From NCBI GenBank assembly GCA_963662335.2, contig CAXXVD010000002.1, positions 802,877 through 866,876 on the forward strand: a stretch of DNA of 64,000 nt, given 5' to 3'. The stretch is from Chloroflexota bacterium. Its GTDB lineage: Bacteria; Chloroflexota; UBA11872; VXOZ01. A program made the position numbers and the translations under genes. Shown piece by piece: positions 26,691-36,132 of this stretch (position 1 is its first letter; each line of letters starts with the position of its first letter). The notes beneath the pieces are model-generated. The model made no database searches. It had not been told where the DNA came from and saw nothing but the letters and a program-made list of their open reading frames with translations.

Positions 26691-27735
26691 GAAACTGCGC
26701 GTGGGCCTGGTGAGCGGAATCCGCCATCAGGATGATTACGCCGCCTTCTTCGCGCGCCACCCGGCCGTGACCCTGGTCGGTCTGGCCGACGATGCTGATA
26801 TTCCGGATGACTACCACGCGCTCAACCGCGATCTGGCGGCGCAAGTCGGGCTGGAATACACCACGGATCTCGACGCTTTTCTCGCCCGCGACGACGTGGA
26901 CGCCGTGTGCGTGGCGCCGGAGTACGCCCGGCACACGCCGTTGGCGCTGCGCGCGCTGGCGGCGGACAAGCACGTGCTGGTGGATAAGCCGATCGGCATT
27001 ACCCTCGAGCAGTGCGACGCGCTGATTGCCGCGGCCCGCCGCACCCGGCGTACCTTTGCTTGGATTGCCCGCATCGGGCATCCCTCGCTCCAGCGGGCGC
27101 GGGACGCGGTGGCGGCCGGCGACCTCGGCGAGATCGTCAACGTAAACGCCCACTTTCTGGCCACCTACGGCAACGGCGAAAAGTGGGACGACGAGGAGTA
27201 CGCCTTCTTCGATCCGGTCGTGAACGGCGGCGGCGAACTGCTGAACTTCGGCCTCTATCCCCTCACCGCCATCTTGAACGTCACGGGGTTGGCCCCCGCC
27301 GCCGTGCATTGCGTCACAGGCGCGTACTTCAACCGCCCGCACCGCGAGTTCGACATCGAGGACATGGCGCTGCTGAATTGCGAAATGGAGAACGGCATTC
27401 TGGCCTCGGTCTGCGTCGGGCGCGGGCACGTGCCGGGCAACCTGCACCATAGCGACCTCTGGCTGGAGGTCACCGGCACGCGCGGCACGCTGGTGGCCGA
27501 TGAACTGGAACCCGACGCGGTGCTCACCGGCCCGACGCCCGGCTACGTCGAGCGCCGCTACCGCTACGCGGACGGCATGCAGGCGCACTTCGACGCCGTT
27601 ATCGAAAACTTCGTCTGGGCCGTCCGGACCGGCGGCGCGCCCTTCCTGGGCGCCGACGCGGCGGAAAAGGTGATGCACACGGTCTTTGCCGCCTACGCAT
27701 CCGCCGCAACGGGCGCGGTGGTGACCGTAGACTAA
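26683..27735 (+). CDS. Gfo/Idh/MocA family oxidoreductase
   Basis: FLARDDVDAVCV, KHVLVDKP, GDLGEI, NGGGELLNFGLY, EVTGTRG. Confidence 0.88.
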   Translation: MAEKLRVGLVSGIRHQDDYAAFFARHPAVTLVGLADDADIPDDYHALNRDLAAQVGLEYTTDLDAFLARDDVDAVCVAPEYARHTPLALRALAADKHVLVDKPIGITLEQCDALIAAARRTRRTFAWIARIGHPSLQRARDAVAAGDLGEIVNVNAHFLATYGNGEKWDDEEYAFFDPVVNGGGELLNFGLYPLTAILNVTGLAPAAVHCVTGAYFNRPHREFDIEDMALLNCEMENGILASVCVGRGHVPGNLHHSDLWLEVTGTRGTLVADELEPDAVLTGPTPGYVERRYRYADGMQAHFDAVIENFVWAVRTGGAPFLGADAAEKVMHTVFAAYASAATGAVVTVD

Positions 27736-27975
27736 CCCGCTGTTGGCAATTTTCCTTGCCGTTGCCCGCCGGGCGGACGCGCAGCGGTTTCAAACCTGCG
27801 TCCTATCTTGGTACTATAATCCATATGGGGAATCAGTCATTGCGTGCGCCGACAGCAGGCGCGGCGTAGGGGCAAGACACGTCGTGCCCCTACGCCTGCG
27901 GAGCGCAGTTCCAGAGCCCGTGCATTCGCCCGGGCGCTAGAATAGGCCGGGATCAGCGGCAAGGAGAAACCAACG

Positions 27976-28362
27976 GTGAGCGCCGGCAATTCAAGAAACG
28001 GCAGGGCGGCAAAACACCTGGACGTGAGTAACCGCTTCATTCGTCAAGCGCGGGAGGAGCTCGCCGCGGGCGACCGCCTGCAAGCATCGGAGAAGGCGTG
28101 GGGCGCGGCCGCGCACGCCGTGAAAGCGGCGGCAGAGCAACGAGGCTGGCAACACAATTCGCATGTGCGTTTCTTTGGCATTGTGAGCCGCATTGCTGAC
28201 GAAGCCGGCGACCCCGAACTGCGCGACCTGTTCAGCACGGCAAACTCTCTCCATCAAAACTTCTATGAGGACTGGCAGGACGAGAAGTTTGTGCAGCGGG
28301 GCATAGAGCGGGTGCGCCTGCTTGTGCGCAAGATGGAGAGATACGCTGTTAGCTCTCCGTAA
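27976..28362 (+). CDS. PaREP1-family (HEPN-like) protein
   Basis: GDRLQASEKAWGAAAHAVKA and ANSLHQNFYE motifs. TATAAT at ~27815 upstream. Confidence 0.85.
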   Translation: MSAGNSRNGRAAKHLDVSNRFIRQAREELAAGDRLQASEKAWGAAAHAVKAAAEQRGWQHNSHVRFFGIVSRIADEAGDPELRDLFSTANSLHQNFYEDWQDEKFVQRGIERVRLLVRKMERYAVSSP

Positions 28363-29866
28363 CGCGCGGCGGCTGATAGCGGGAGCGGCGCTTGCCTGCC
28401 TCTTGGCGCTTGTCACTGCCGCGAGCGTCCACGCCGCCGATTGCCAGTTCGTGCTCGGCTTCAAGATACTGCGCGATCTCATCGGCCACGACGTCGTCGG
28501 CGAGTGCCTGGAGAACGAGCGCTACAACGCCACCGGCGACAGCGTGCAGCAGACCACGGGCGGCTTGCTGGTCTGGCGCAAGGCCGACAACTGGACCGCC
28601 TTCACCGACGGCTACCGCACCTGGCTCAACGGCCCCAACGGCCTGGAACAGCGCCTGAACACCGAGCGCTTCCCCTGGGAGCCGGACTACGCGCCGGGCG
28701 GCGGCGTTGCCACGCCGACGCCCACACCGGTCCCGCCGCCGACGCCCACGCCGGCGCCGCTGCGCACGCCCAAACCGCCGCCGCCTACGCCGGCACCGGT
28801 TCCGCCGGTCGCGCCCACCGCCACGCCAGCCCGCGCGCCGTTGCAGCCAGCAATTGACCCCAAGCTTAGCAATGCGCTACAGACGCTCAAGACCACGCCG
28901 GTAGGCGAGACTCTCTTCGCCTGGTTCGCAGAAGCGGCGCCCCGCCTCAGCTTTGGCGCGCCGCCCGCGGGCTGGACGTCCCGCTACTACGAACCGCCGC
29001 GCCACGAGATCGTCATCGACCGGGCGCTGCGCAACGAGAGCGCCGACGTGCTGGCGGCGCTCATCGCGTGGGAGACGGTGCTGGCCTACAACGCCAAGCA
29101 CCGCGGCCGCCAGCGCGCGCGTTGGCGCTCCGGGGAGGACTGCCTGGCAGAGGTGGCCGCGGCCGAGCAGACCTTGGCGCATTGGTGGAGTGAGCGGTTC
29201 GGACCGCTCGGCCTGCCGAACGCCGCTACCGCAACGGAGCGATGGCTCAACGCGCAAGTGCACCGCTACCACGCCCAGACCCTGGAGGCGTGGGTCAAGT
29301 CTGCCACCGGCTACCGCGAATGGTGCGCCCGCTACGGCGCGCTGCCCCCACCGCAGCCCGCACCGACGCCCACGCGCTTCGTCGCTCCCCTGCTGGAGGA
29401 AGCGTTTACCCTAATGCGCACGACGGACTTCGGCGAAACGCTGTATCAAGCCTATCTTGCGTCTGAGGTGGCATACATCGCCTTCGCTCGCCTGGAGAAT
29501 TACGGTTTCCCCAACTCGGACGGCCTCTACCACGTGCGGTACAACCGCATCCTGCTCGATGAAGGGTTGCGCGGCGAAAGCCACTACGTGCGCGTGTCGG
29601 CGCTTGTGCATGAACTGTTCCACGCCCGGCCTTCACGCGATTTCGCAAGCTACACGACGGAGAATTGCTTCGAGGAAGAAACGCTCGCCTTCATGGCGCA
29701 AGCCAAGTGGTGGTACGAGAAGTTCGGCGGCTACGGCAAGCGCAACCCCACCCAGCGCGAACGGTGGGAAAACAACAACATGAAACTCTGGCTCGCCAAA
29801 CGCATCGGCGAGTGGGTACGGGCAAGCGACGCCTACCAAGAACACTGCGCACAGTATGCGAATTAG
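28322..29866 (+). CDS. Secreted protein: conserved N-terminal module, Pro/Thr linker, and tandem zincin-like domains (second has HExxH)
   Basis: Signal peptide ending SVHA-ADC; PTPTP linker; LVHELFHA...CFEEET. Start uncertain. Confidence 0.7.
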   Translation: MCARWRDTLLALRNARRLIAGAALACLLALVTAASVHAADCQFVLGFKILRDLIGHDVVGECLENERYNATGDSVQQTTGGLLVWRKADNWTAFTDGYRTWLNGPNGLEQRLNTERFPWEPDYAPGGGVATPTPTPVPPPTPTPAPLRTPKPPPPTPAPVPPVAPTATPARAPLQPAIDPKLSNALQTLKTTPVGETLFAWFAEAAPRLSFGAPPAGWTSRYYEPPRHEIVIDRALRNESADVLAALIAWETVLAYNAKHRGRQRARWRSGEDCLAEVAAAEQTLAHWWSERFGPLGLPNAATATERWLNAQVHRYHAQTLEAWVKSATGYREWCARYGALPPPQPAPTPTRFVAPLLEEAFTLMRTTDFGETLYQAYLASEVAYIAFARLENYGFPNSDGLYHVRYNRILLDEGLRGESHYVRVSALVHELFHARPSRDFASYTTENCFEEETLAFMAQAKWWYEKFGGYGKRNPTQRERWENNNMKLWLAKRIGEWVRASDAYQEHCAQYAN

Positions 29867-30188
29867 CGAAGCGCAAGGCGGATTGGACGAGAACATTCGA
29901 CTTCGCGCCGCGTACGGTAGAACAACCAAGAGAAGCACGAGAGGCGCTTCGGCAGGTTTCGCTATGCCGTGCTGAAGAGCCTGCTTGGACTACCGGGCCT
30001 GTGCCGTTACCGCAAAGCTATCTCGATTCAACCCGCCACAAGCGTGGACTTCAGGAAACGAAATGTGTAACCTATCTCCCCGAACGCCGGTTACCCGCGC
30101 CGCCGGTTCATACCGGGAGCGAGGGCGAAACAGCAGAGCGGAATCGCGTTCGCACCGTGGTAGCACGCGCGCACAGGGAAGGCGATAG

Positions 30189-33100
30189 ATGAATCTCGCT
30201 GGCATCCGCGCGCTCGCCGCCACGCTGCCGTGGGCGGAAGCGGCGCGGCAATGGCTTGCGGCGCCGGGCGTGCGGCGCGTTGCGGCGCGCGCCGGCGCGC
30301 GGCCGGTGTTGGCGGCGCTTGTTCAGCAGCAGGCGCGGCAGCCGCTGCTCGTGCTCTGCGCCGACCGCGACCGCGCCCACCGCTTCTATCAAGAACTGCG
30401 CTCGTGGTCGCCGCAGCCGGCAAACGTCCTCTTCTACCCGGAACTCGACTACCTGCCCTACGAAAACCTGCCCCACTTCTCCAGCACGCTCAGCGCGCGC
30501 GTTGCGGTGCTGGGCGCGCTGCTGGCCGGGCAGAACGCCAACCTGCCGGCCGGCGAGCATCCCCTGGTCGTGACCTCGGTGCGGGCTTTGTGCGAGCGCC
30601 TGCCGAGCCCGGCGGAGTTGGGCGAACACGCGCTCGTGGTCGCGCCCGGCCAGCGCACGGACCCCGCGTCGCTCAAGAACCGCCTGCTGCGCTTTGGCTA
30701 CGAGCCGATGCCGCAGGTGGAAACGCCCGGCACGTTCACGAGTCGCGGCGGCATCGTGGACATCTTCCCGCCCTCGGAAGAGCAGCCCATCCGCGTGGAG
30801 TTCTTTGGCGACGAGATCGATTCGGTGCGCCCGTTCAACGTCTCAACGCAGCGGAGCACGGCGCAGCACACGTCGCTCTCCATTCTGCCCGCCAATGAAG
30901 TACCCACCTGGCGCAGCGCCGACTTCGCCGCCGCCGTGGGCGCGCTCGACCGGAGCGGCCTGCGCTCGGAAGTGCGCGAGCAGTGGCAGCGGCACCTGCG
31001 CCTGCTGGAAGAGGGGGTCTACTTCGAGCATGCGTCGTTCTACACCATGCCCTTTCTCGACCACAATCTGCTCCACTACCTGCCGGCCGGCCGGCTGTTG
31101 GCGGAAGACGCCGCCCACTTGCGGGACGTTGTGCAGGCCCTGGAAACGCAGACCGCCGACCGCAAGCGCCGCTTGATCGCCGGCGGCGAACTTGCCGCCG
31201 CCTGGCCGGAGGCCTACCACACCGCCGCCACGGTGCAGGCGCAGATGAGCGCTTACGCGGCACTGGACGCGCGCGACCCGAGCGAGGAAGACAGCGACGG
31301 CCTGGACGTGCTGCCGGCGTACGCCGGCCGGCCGGGACGGCTGGCAAAGGGCGCCGGGGGCTTCAGCGCGCAGGGTATGAGGGTGGTGCTGGCGACCACC
31401 CAGGTAGAGCGCGTGACCGAGATTCTCTTGGAATACGACCTCGCGCCTACGGTGCTGGACGCGCTGCCGAGCGCGCCGCCGCCGGGCAGCGTTAGTGTCG
31501 TGCCGCTCGCCTTGGCGGAGGGACTCCGCTGCGAGCGGGCGGGCCTGCTGCTGCTCTCGGACGCCGAGATCTTCGGCTGGAAACGCCCGCCAACCCCGGC
31601 GCGCCTGCGGCCATCAGTGCGCGGCCAGCGGTTGTTGGACGAACTCCAGGTCGGCGATCACGTCGTCCACGTCGATCACGGCATCGGCCGCTTCAGCGGC
31701 ATCCAGCGCATGCCCGGCCCTTCCGGTGAGCGCGAGTACCTGGTCTTGGAGTTCGCCCGCGACGCCCGCATCTACGTGCCCACCGACCACATGGACCGGG
31801 TGGAGAAGTACGTCGGCATGGGCGAGCGCGCGCCGAATCTTTCGCGTCTCGGCACTCAGGAGTGGCAGCGCGCCAAGCAGCGGGCGCAGCAATCAGTGGT
31901 GGACATGGCGCAAGACCTCGTCGATGTTGCCGTCGCCCGTGAATCGGAACCCGGCCACGCTTTCGCCAGCGACGGCGACTGGCAGCGGCAACTGGAACAG
32001 GCCTTTCCCTACGCCGAAACGCCCGACCAGGAGAAGGCAATCACCGAAGTCAAGGCCGACATGGAACTGCCAAAACCGACGGATCGGCTCATCTGCGGCG
32101 ACGTGGGTTTCGGCAAGACCGAGGTGGCCATCCGCGCCGCGTTCAAGGCGGTGATGGACGGCAAGCAGGTCGCCGTGCTCGTGCCTACCACCGTGCTCGC
32201 GCTCCAGCACTACGAGACGCTGAGCAGCCGCCTGCGCCCGTATCCGGTGCGCGTGGGTCTGGTCAGCCGCTTCCGCACGCCAAAGGAGATCCAGCAGCAC
32301 ACGGCGGACATCAGCGCCGGCACGCTCGACATTGTCGTCGGCACCCACCGCCTGCTCTCCAAGGACGTGCGGTTCAACGACCTGGGCCTGGTGATCGTGG
32401 ACGAGGAGCAGCGTTTCGGCGTGGCGCAAAAGGAGCACTTCAAGCAACTGCGCAAGCAGGTGGACGTGCTGGCGCTCTCCGCCACGCCAATCCCGCGCAC
32501 GCTGCACATGGCGCTGGCCGGCATCCGCGACCTGAGCGTGATCGAGACGCCGCCGCCCAACCGCCTGGCGATCAAGACCTACGTCACCGCCTTCCACGAC
32601 GACCTGGTGCGCGACGCCATCCAGCGGGAACTCAATCGCGGCGGCCAGGTCTTCATGGTGCACAACGACATCGAGACCATCTACTCGCTGGCGTACCACG
32701 TGCGCGAGTTGGCCCCAGGCGCGCGGGTCACCGTAGGGCACGGCCAGATGGAGTCGGATCGCCTGGAGAAGGTGATGCACGCCTTCGTGCAGGGCGAGTA
32801 CGACATCCTGGTCAGCACCACCATCATCGAGAACGGCCTGGACATTCCCCGGGTGAACACGCTCATCGTCAATGACGCCTGGCGCTTTGGGCTGGCGCAA
32901 CTCTACCAACTGCGCGGGCGCGTGGGCCGCGCCGACGTGCAGGCCTACGCCTACTTTCTCTATAGCCCGGAGAAGCAACTCACCGAAGAGGCCGAGAAGC
33001 GGCTGGACGCGATCATGGAGGCGACGGAACTGGGCGCGGGCTTCAAGATCGCGCTGCGCGACCTGGAGATTCGCGGCGCGGGCAACCTGCTGGGCGCGGA

Positions 33101-33665
33101 GCAGCACGGCTTCGTGAACGCCGTGGGCCTCAACCTCTATACCAAGATGCTCAAACAGACGGTGCAAGCCATGCGCAGCCAACAACCCCAAGAGGACCTG
33201 CCGCCGGAGCAGGCGTTGCAGACCGTGGTCGACCTGCCGCTGGCCGCTTACATTCCCGATGAGTACGTGGGCGGCGTGGGCACGAAGATGAAACTCTACC
33301 AACGGGCGGCCGCCCTGAAAGCCCGCCAAGAGACCGAGGCGTTTGCCGAAGAACTCCGCGACCGCTTCGGCCCGCCGCCGCCTTCCGTGAAGAATCTGCT
33401 GGCGCTGCTGCGGCTCCGCGCCCGCGCTTCAGAACACGGCATCCTCTCCCTGGCCTTCGAGGACAACGCGCTCGTCATCCGCTTCCGCGAGGAGCGCGTC
33501 TTCGACCGCATGAGAGTCTTCAAGGAGTTCGGCGCCGACGTGCGCCTGACCCGCACCGTCGTCCGCTGGCGCGTGGGCCGCCACGAGGAGCAGTGGCGCG
33601 ACGGCCTGGAAACGCTGCTGGACATGCTGCTGGAGGCCAAGGCGCTGGTGGGGTCGGGGAGGTGA
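30189..33665 (+). CDS. mfd: Transcription-repair coupling factor
   Basis: [67 protein letters not shown]. Confidence 0.98.
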   Translation: MNLAGIRALAATLPWAEAARQWLAAPGVRRVAARAGARPVLAALVQQQARQPLLVLCADRDRAHRFYQELRSWSPQPANVLFYPELDYLPYENLPHFSSTLSARVAVLGALLAGQNANLPAGEHPLVVTSVRALCERLPSPAELGEHALVVAPGQRTDPASLKNRLLRFGYEPMPQVETPGTFTSRGGIVDIFPPSEEQPIRVEFFGDEIDSVRPFNVSTQRSTAQHTSLSILPANEVPTWRSADFAAAVGALDRSGLRSEVREQWQRHLRLLEEGVYFEHASFYTMPFLDHNLLHYLPAGRLLAEDAAHLRDVVQALETQTADRKRRLIAGGELAAAWPEAYHTAATVQAQMSAYAALDARDPSEEDSDGLDVLPAYAGRPGRLAKGAGGFSAQGMRVVLATTQVERVTEILLEYDLAPTVLDALPSAPPPGSVSVVPLALAEGLRCERAGLLLLSDAEIFGWKRPPTPARLRPSVRGQRLLDELQVGDHVVHVDHGIGRFSGIQRMPGPSGEREYLVLEFARDARIYVPTDHMDRVEKYVGMGERAPNLSRLGTQEWQRAKQRAQQSVVDMAQDLVDVAVARESEPGHAFASDGDWQRQLEQAFPYAETPDQEKAITEVKADMELPKPTDRLICGDVGFGKTEVAIRAAFKAVMDGKQVAVLVPTTVLALQHYETLSSRLRPYPVRVGLVSRFRTPKEIQQHTADISAGTLDIVVGTHRLLSKDVRFNDLGLVIVDEEQRFGVAQKEHFKQLRKQVDVLALSATPIPRTLHMALAGIRDLSVIETPPPNRLAIKTYVTAFHDDLVRDAIQRELNRGGQVFMVHNDIETIYSLAYHVRELAPGARVTVGHGQMESDRLEKVMHAFVQGEYDILVSTTIIENGLDIPRVNTLIVNDAWRFGLAQLYQLRGRVGRADVQAYAYFLYSPEKQLTEEAEKRLDAIMEATELGAGFKIALRDLEIRGAGNLLGAEQHGFVNAVGLNLYTKMLKQTVQAMRSQQPQEDLPPEQALQTVVDLPLAAYIPDEYVGGVGTKMKLYQRAAALKARQETEAFAEELRDRFGPPPPSVKNLLALLRLRARASEHGILSLAFEDNALVIRFREERVFDRMRVFKEFGADVRLTRTVVRWRVGRHEEQWRDGLETLLDMLLEAKALVGSGR

Positions 33666-33671
33666 CATGCG

Positions 33672-33890
33672 CTGCCCGCGCAGCCTGAGGCGTATCTTGC
33701 CGACATTCGCAGGGAAGCGGAGCGGATACGGGAATTCGTCCAAGGCATGGCACTCGCAGCGTTCGTTAGCGATGCGAAGACTCAGTATGCAGTTCGCCTT
33801 GCGCTCGCTCACATTGGTGAAGCGGTTAAGCGGTTGCCGGAGGCGCTAACCGACCTGCACCCTGAGACTCCATGGAAGCAGATTGCCGGG
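33672..33890 (+). pseudogene. Truncated HepT/DUF86-like ribonuclease
   Basis: AYLADI...IREFVQGM....F..D.KTQYAV...L..IGEAVKRLP......HPETPWKQIAG, after which homology stops before the RxxxxH catalytic motif. No canonical in-frame start before the AYLADI segment. Confidence 0.75.
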
Positions 33891-34099
33891 AAATGGTGGA
33901 CGAATTCAAGCTCTCGTTCCCGCTGGTCATCTAGCAGGGGCACGAGATCTCAGACCTCTACGGCAGTAGCGGGACGCCGTTTGGCTTTGTCGTAGACGAA
34001 GAAGGGAACGTAGCCGGAAAGGGGGTGGTCAATAATGTGCATGTGCTAGGCGGACTGCTCGCTAGAGATGCGACGGCAAGCGGTTCGCCAGAGTCGTAG
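33890..34099 (+). pseudogene. C-terminal fragment of a MauD-like thioredoxin-fold protein
   Basis: Manual translation EMVDEFKLSFPLVI*QGHEISDLYGSSGTPFGFVVDEEGNVAGKGVVNNVHVLGGLL resembles the MauD/TlpA C-terminus (PY..L.DE.G....KG.VN). In-frame TAG at 33932. Confidence 0.6.
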
Positions 34100-34181
34100 A
34101 GCGTGAGGCGTATCCACACGTTGACACGCGCGTTAGTCGCATCACACGACGCAAAACAGACAACGCATGGGAGGTAAACCC

Positions 34182-34523
34182 ATGGATAAGCTGTTTGCGA
34201 AAACGAGCGAGAGCCTGGCAAAAGCCGGCATGGACCGTCGCGGCTTCTTGGGCAGGCTGGCCAGTGCCACCGGTGGCGCTGTCATCCTTGCAGTTGCTCT
34301 AGCCCAAGGGGCATCTGCGGACCACTGCGACGGGAGTCACTTCTGCATAACGAACACTTCCAGCTACTGCGGATCGTGCGGTGAGCATTGCCAGTCGAGC
34401 AAGAGGCCGTACATTACCGAGGTAGAAGGCGAGAACTGCTACACAGGGGAGACATGCCCGACGAGGATCTACTACGGGGGTTGTGGTTGCACGATTCCCA
34501 ATAATCCCTGCCCCGGCGAATGA
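34182..34523 (+). CDS. Tat-exported Cys-rich peptide with MauA-like leader
   Basis: SD GGAGGT; MDKLFAKTSESLA...DRRGFLGRL Tat motif; ASA cleavage site; 10 Cys in the ~67-aa mature region. Confidence 0.75.
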   Translation: MDKLFAKTSESLAKAGMDRRGFLGRLASATGGAVILAVALAQGASADHCDGSHFCITNTSSYCGSCGEHCQSSKRPYITEVEGENCYTGETCPTRIYYGGCGCTIPNNPCPGE

Positions 34524-34637
34524 GGACAGTGCGGGTTTGTCCTGTACGTAGGCAGACAGATTCGGGGCAGAGTGCCCATGGAGGGTGATCACCCTCCATG
34601 GGCACTCTGCTCTTTCAAGCGGCAAAGGAGCGAGAAG

Positions 34638-35924
34638 ATGCTTTCACGACGAGCGATGATAGCCAGCGCCGCTGCGCTCGCTACCATCGGATGTGGTTCA
34701 CTCGAATCTCTCTTTACTGCACCAAGTCTTCCGCAAGAGGCCGAACTCACCTGGGCCTCTCTTGGCAACCACCCTGGCCTCAACGATCCCACGGGGGAGT
34801 TACGTCCAGCGCAGCAACTTCAAAGAGTCGTGTCCGCGCTTGCGGAGGACGAAGACAACCCGCTTGGTCCGAAGCGCGGCAAGTATCGCCTCGCACTGCG
34901 GCACGTGGAGCGCCTGACGGAATCAGAGGCGAGCGATTTTGTTGGTTGGCTGCACGACCTGGAGGCAGACCTCGTCACCGTAGGGCCCGAGGGCGCGCGG
35001 GCGCTTGGGAGTGAGGGCGTATTGCTGCCATTAGACCAGTTCATCGCGAGTGACGCCGCTGCCCTTGAACAGGCATTCTATCCGTTTGTGCTGGAGCAGT
35101 TCCAGCAGGGCGCGCTCTTTGCTTTGCCAGTGGATGCGCGTCCCTTGATGCTCTACTACGACATTGACTACTTTGCGTTGGAAGAGGTTGCCCCGCCGTT
35201 AGACAACAACTGGGATTGGCATGATCTTGTGGAGAGCGCGCTCAAGCTGACCAAGCGCAGAGGGGATGGTTCGATATCGCGCTGGGGGTTGTCGGCGCAC
35301 GGTAGTCAACTTTGGTGGGCATTGTGGCAAAACAATGCCGAAGCGATTGACGCGGTGTCTTTGCAGTGCCGTCTCCAGGAACCCGCCGCCATTGAAGCCC
35401 TACAGTTCGTGCACGGCCTGCTGCACACGCACCAAGTTTCACCTGCGGCCCTGTACACGGACCTAGCGAGACTCGTTTTCGAGCCGGCAAGTTTTGCGCC
35501 AGCCATGGTGTATAGCAGTCCTCCCGCGCGTCCGCCGGGCCACTATCACTTGGCAGAGCTACCGCGAGGAAAGTTGCACAGTGTTCCCGTGTATGGAGAC
35601 TTGGGGATCGGTATTGTAGCCCGTACTGAGAAGCCTGAAGCAGCCTACACGGCGCTGAAAGGTCTCGTTGAAGCAATGCAGCGCTTGGTTCGCGTGCCCG
35701 CAAAGAAAGAGGCGGTAGCGCGTCTTGCGGAGTATCGCACAGACCTTCACCCAGAAGATGTCGTGGCAATACAGCAATCAATGGCGCATGGCCGCGCAAT
35801 GCCACGAAGTGTCCCGGCACTGTTCGCGATGGACGCAGTGCTTCAGGGCATAGTGCACGGCAATGAGGTCGCTAGCGTGGTCAATGAGGCCTGCTCCGCC
35901 GCGCGAGAGTACCAGCAGTCCTAA
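34638..35924 (+). CDS. Orphan ABC carbohydrate-type (family 1) solute-binding lipoprotein with Tat-like signal
   Basis: MLSRRAMI...LATIGC lipobox; LLPLDQFI, LFALPVD...LYYD.D.F, WDWHDL..A.KLT. No permease adjacent. Confidence 0.75.
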   Translation: MLSRRAMIASAAALATIGCGSLESLFTAPSLPQEAELTWASLGNHPGLNDPTGELRPAQQLQRVVSALAEDEDNPLGPKRGKYRLALRHVERLTESEASDFVGWLHDLEADLVTVGPEGARALGSEGVLLPLDQFIASDAAALEQAFYPFVLEQFQQGALFALPVDARPLMLYYDIDYFALEEVAPPLDNNWDWHDLVESALKLTKRRGDGSISRWGLSAHGSQLWWALWQNNAEAIDAVSLQCRLQEPAAIEALQFVHGLLHTHQVSPAALYTDLARLVFEPASFAPAMVYSSPPARPPGHYHLAELPRGKLHSVPVYGDLGIGIVARTEKPEAAYTALKGLVEAMQRLVRVPAKKEAVARLAEYRTDLHPEDVVAIQQSMAHGRAMPRSVPALFAMDAVLQGIVHGNEVASVVNEACSAAREYQQS

Positions 35925-36132
35925 GCACCCGTGCGCGTAGGCAGTCTCGGCATGCTTGGTCCACATGCCGCCTGGCTTCCAGTCTACCATATGTCGGGGG
36001 GCAAGCCCCCGCGCTACGGGGGTTGTGGAACGCGGCTTGCGCCCGTTTCCGCAAGTGTGCTTAGCTATAGGCGGTACGAGACCCCTGAGTAGAGCGGTGC
36101 GAGACTCTAAGCGGAAATCGAGGCTTTGCGGT

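Noticed and set aside
33663-33890. Stop read-through or selenocysteine fusion of Mfd to the in-frame DUF86 fragment
   Set aside because: Mfd is complete at the TGA, no SECIS-like hairpin was identified, and the downstream gene is a truncated remnant; the in-frame position has a 1-in-3 chance.
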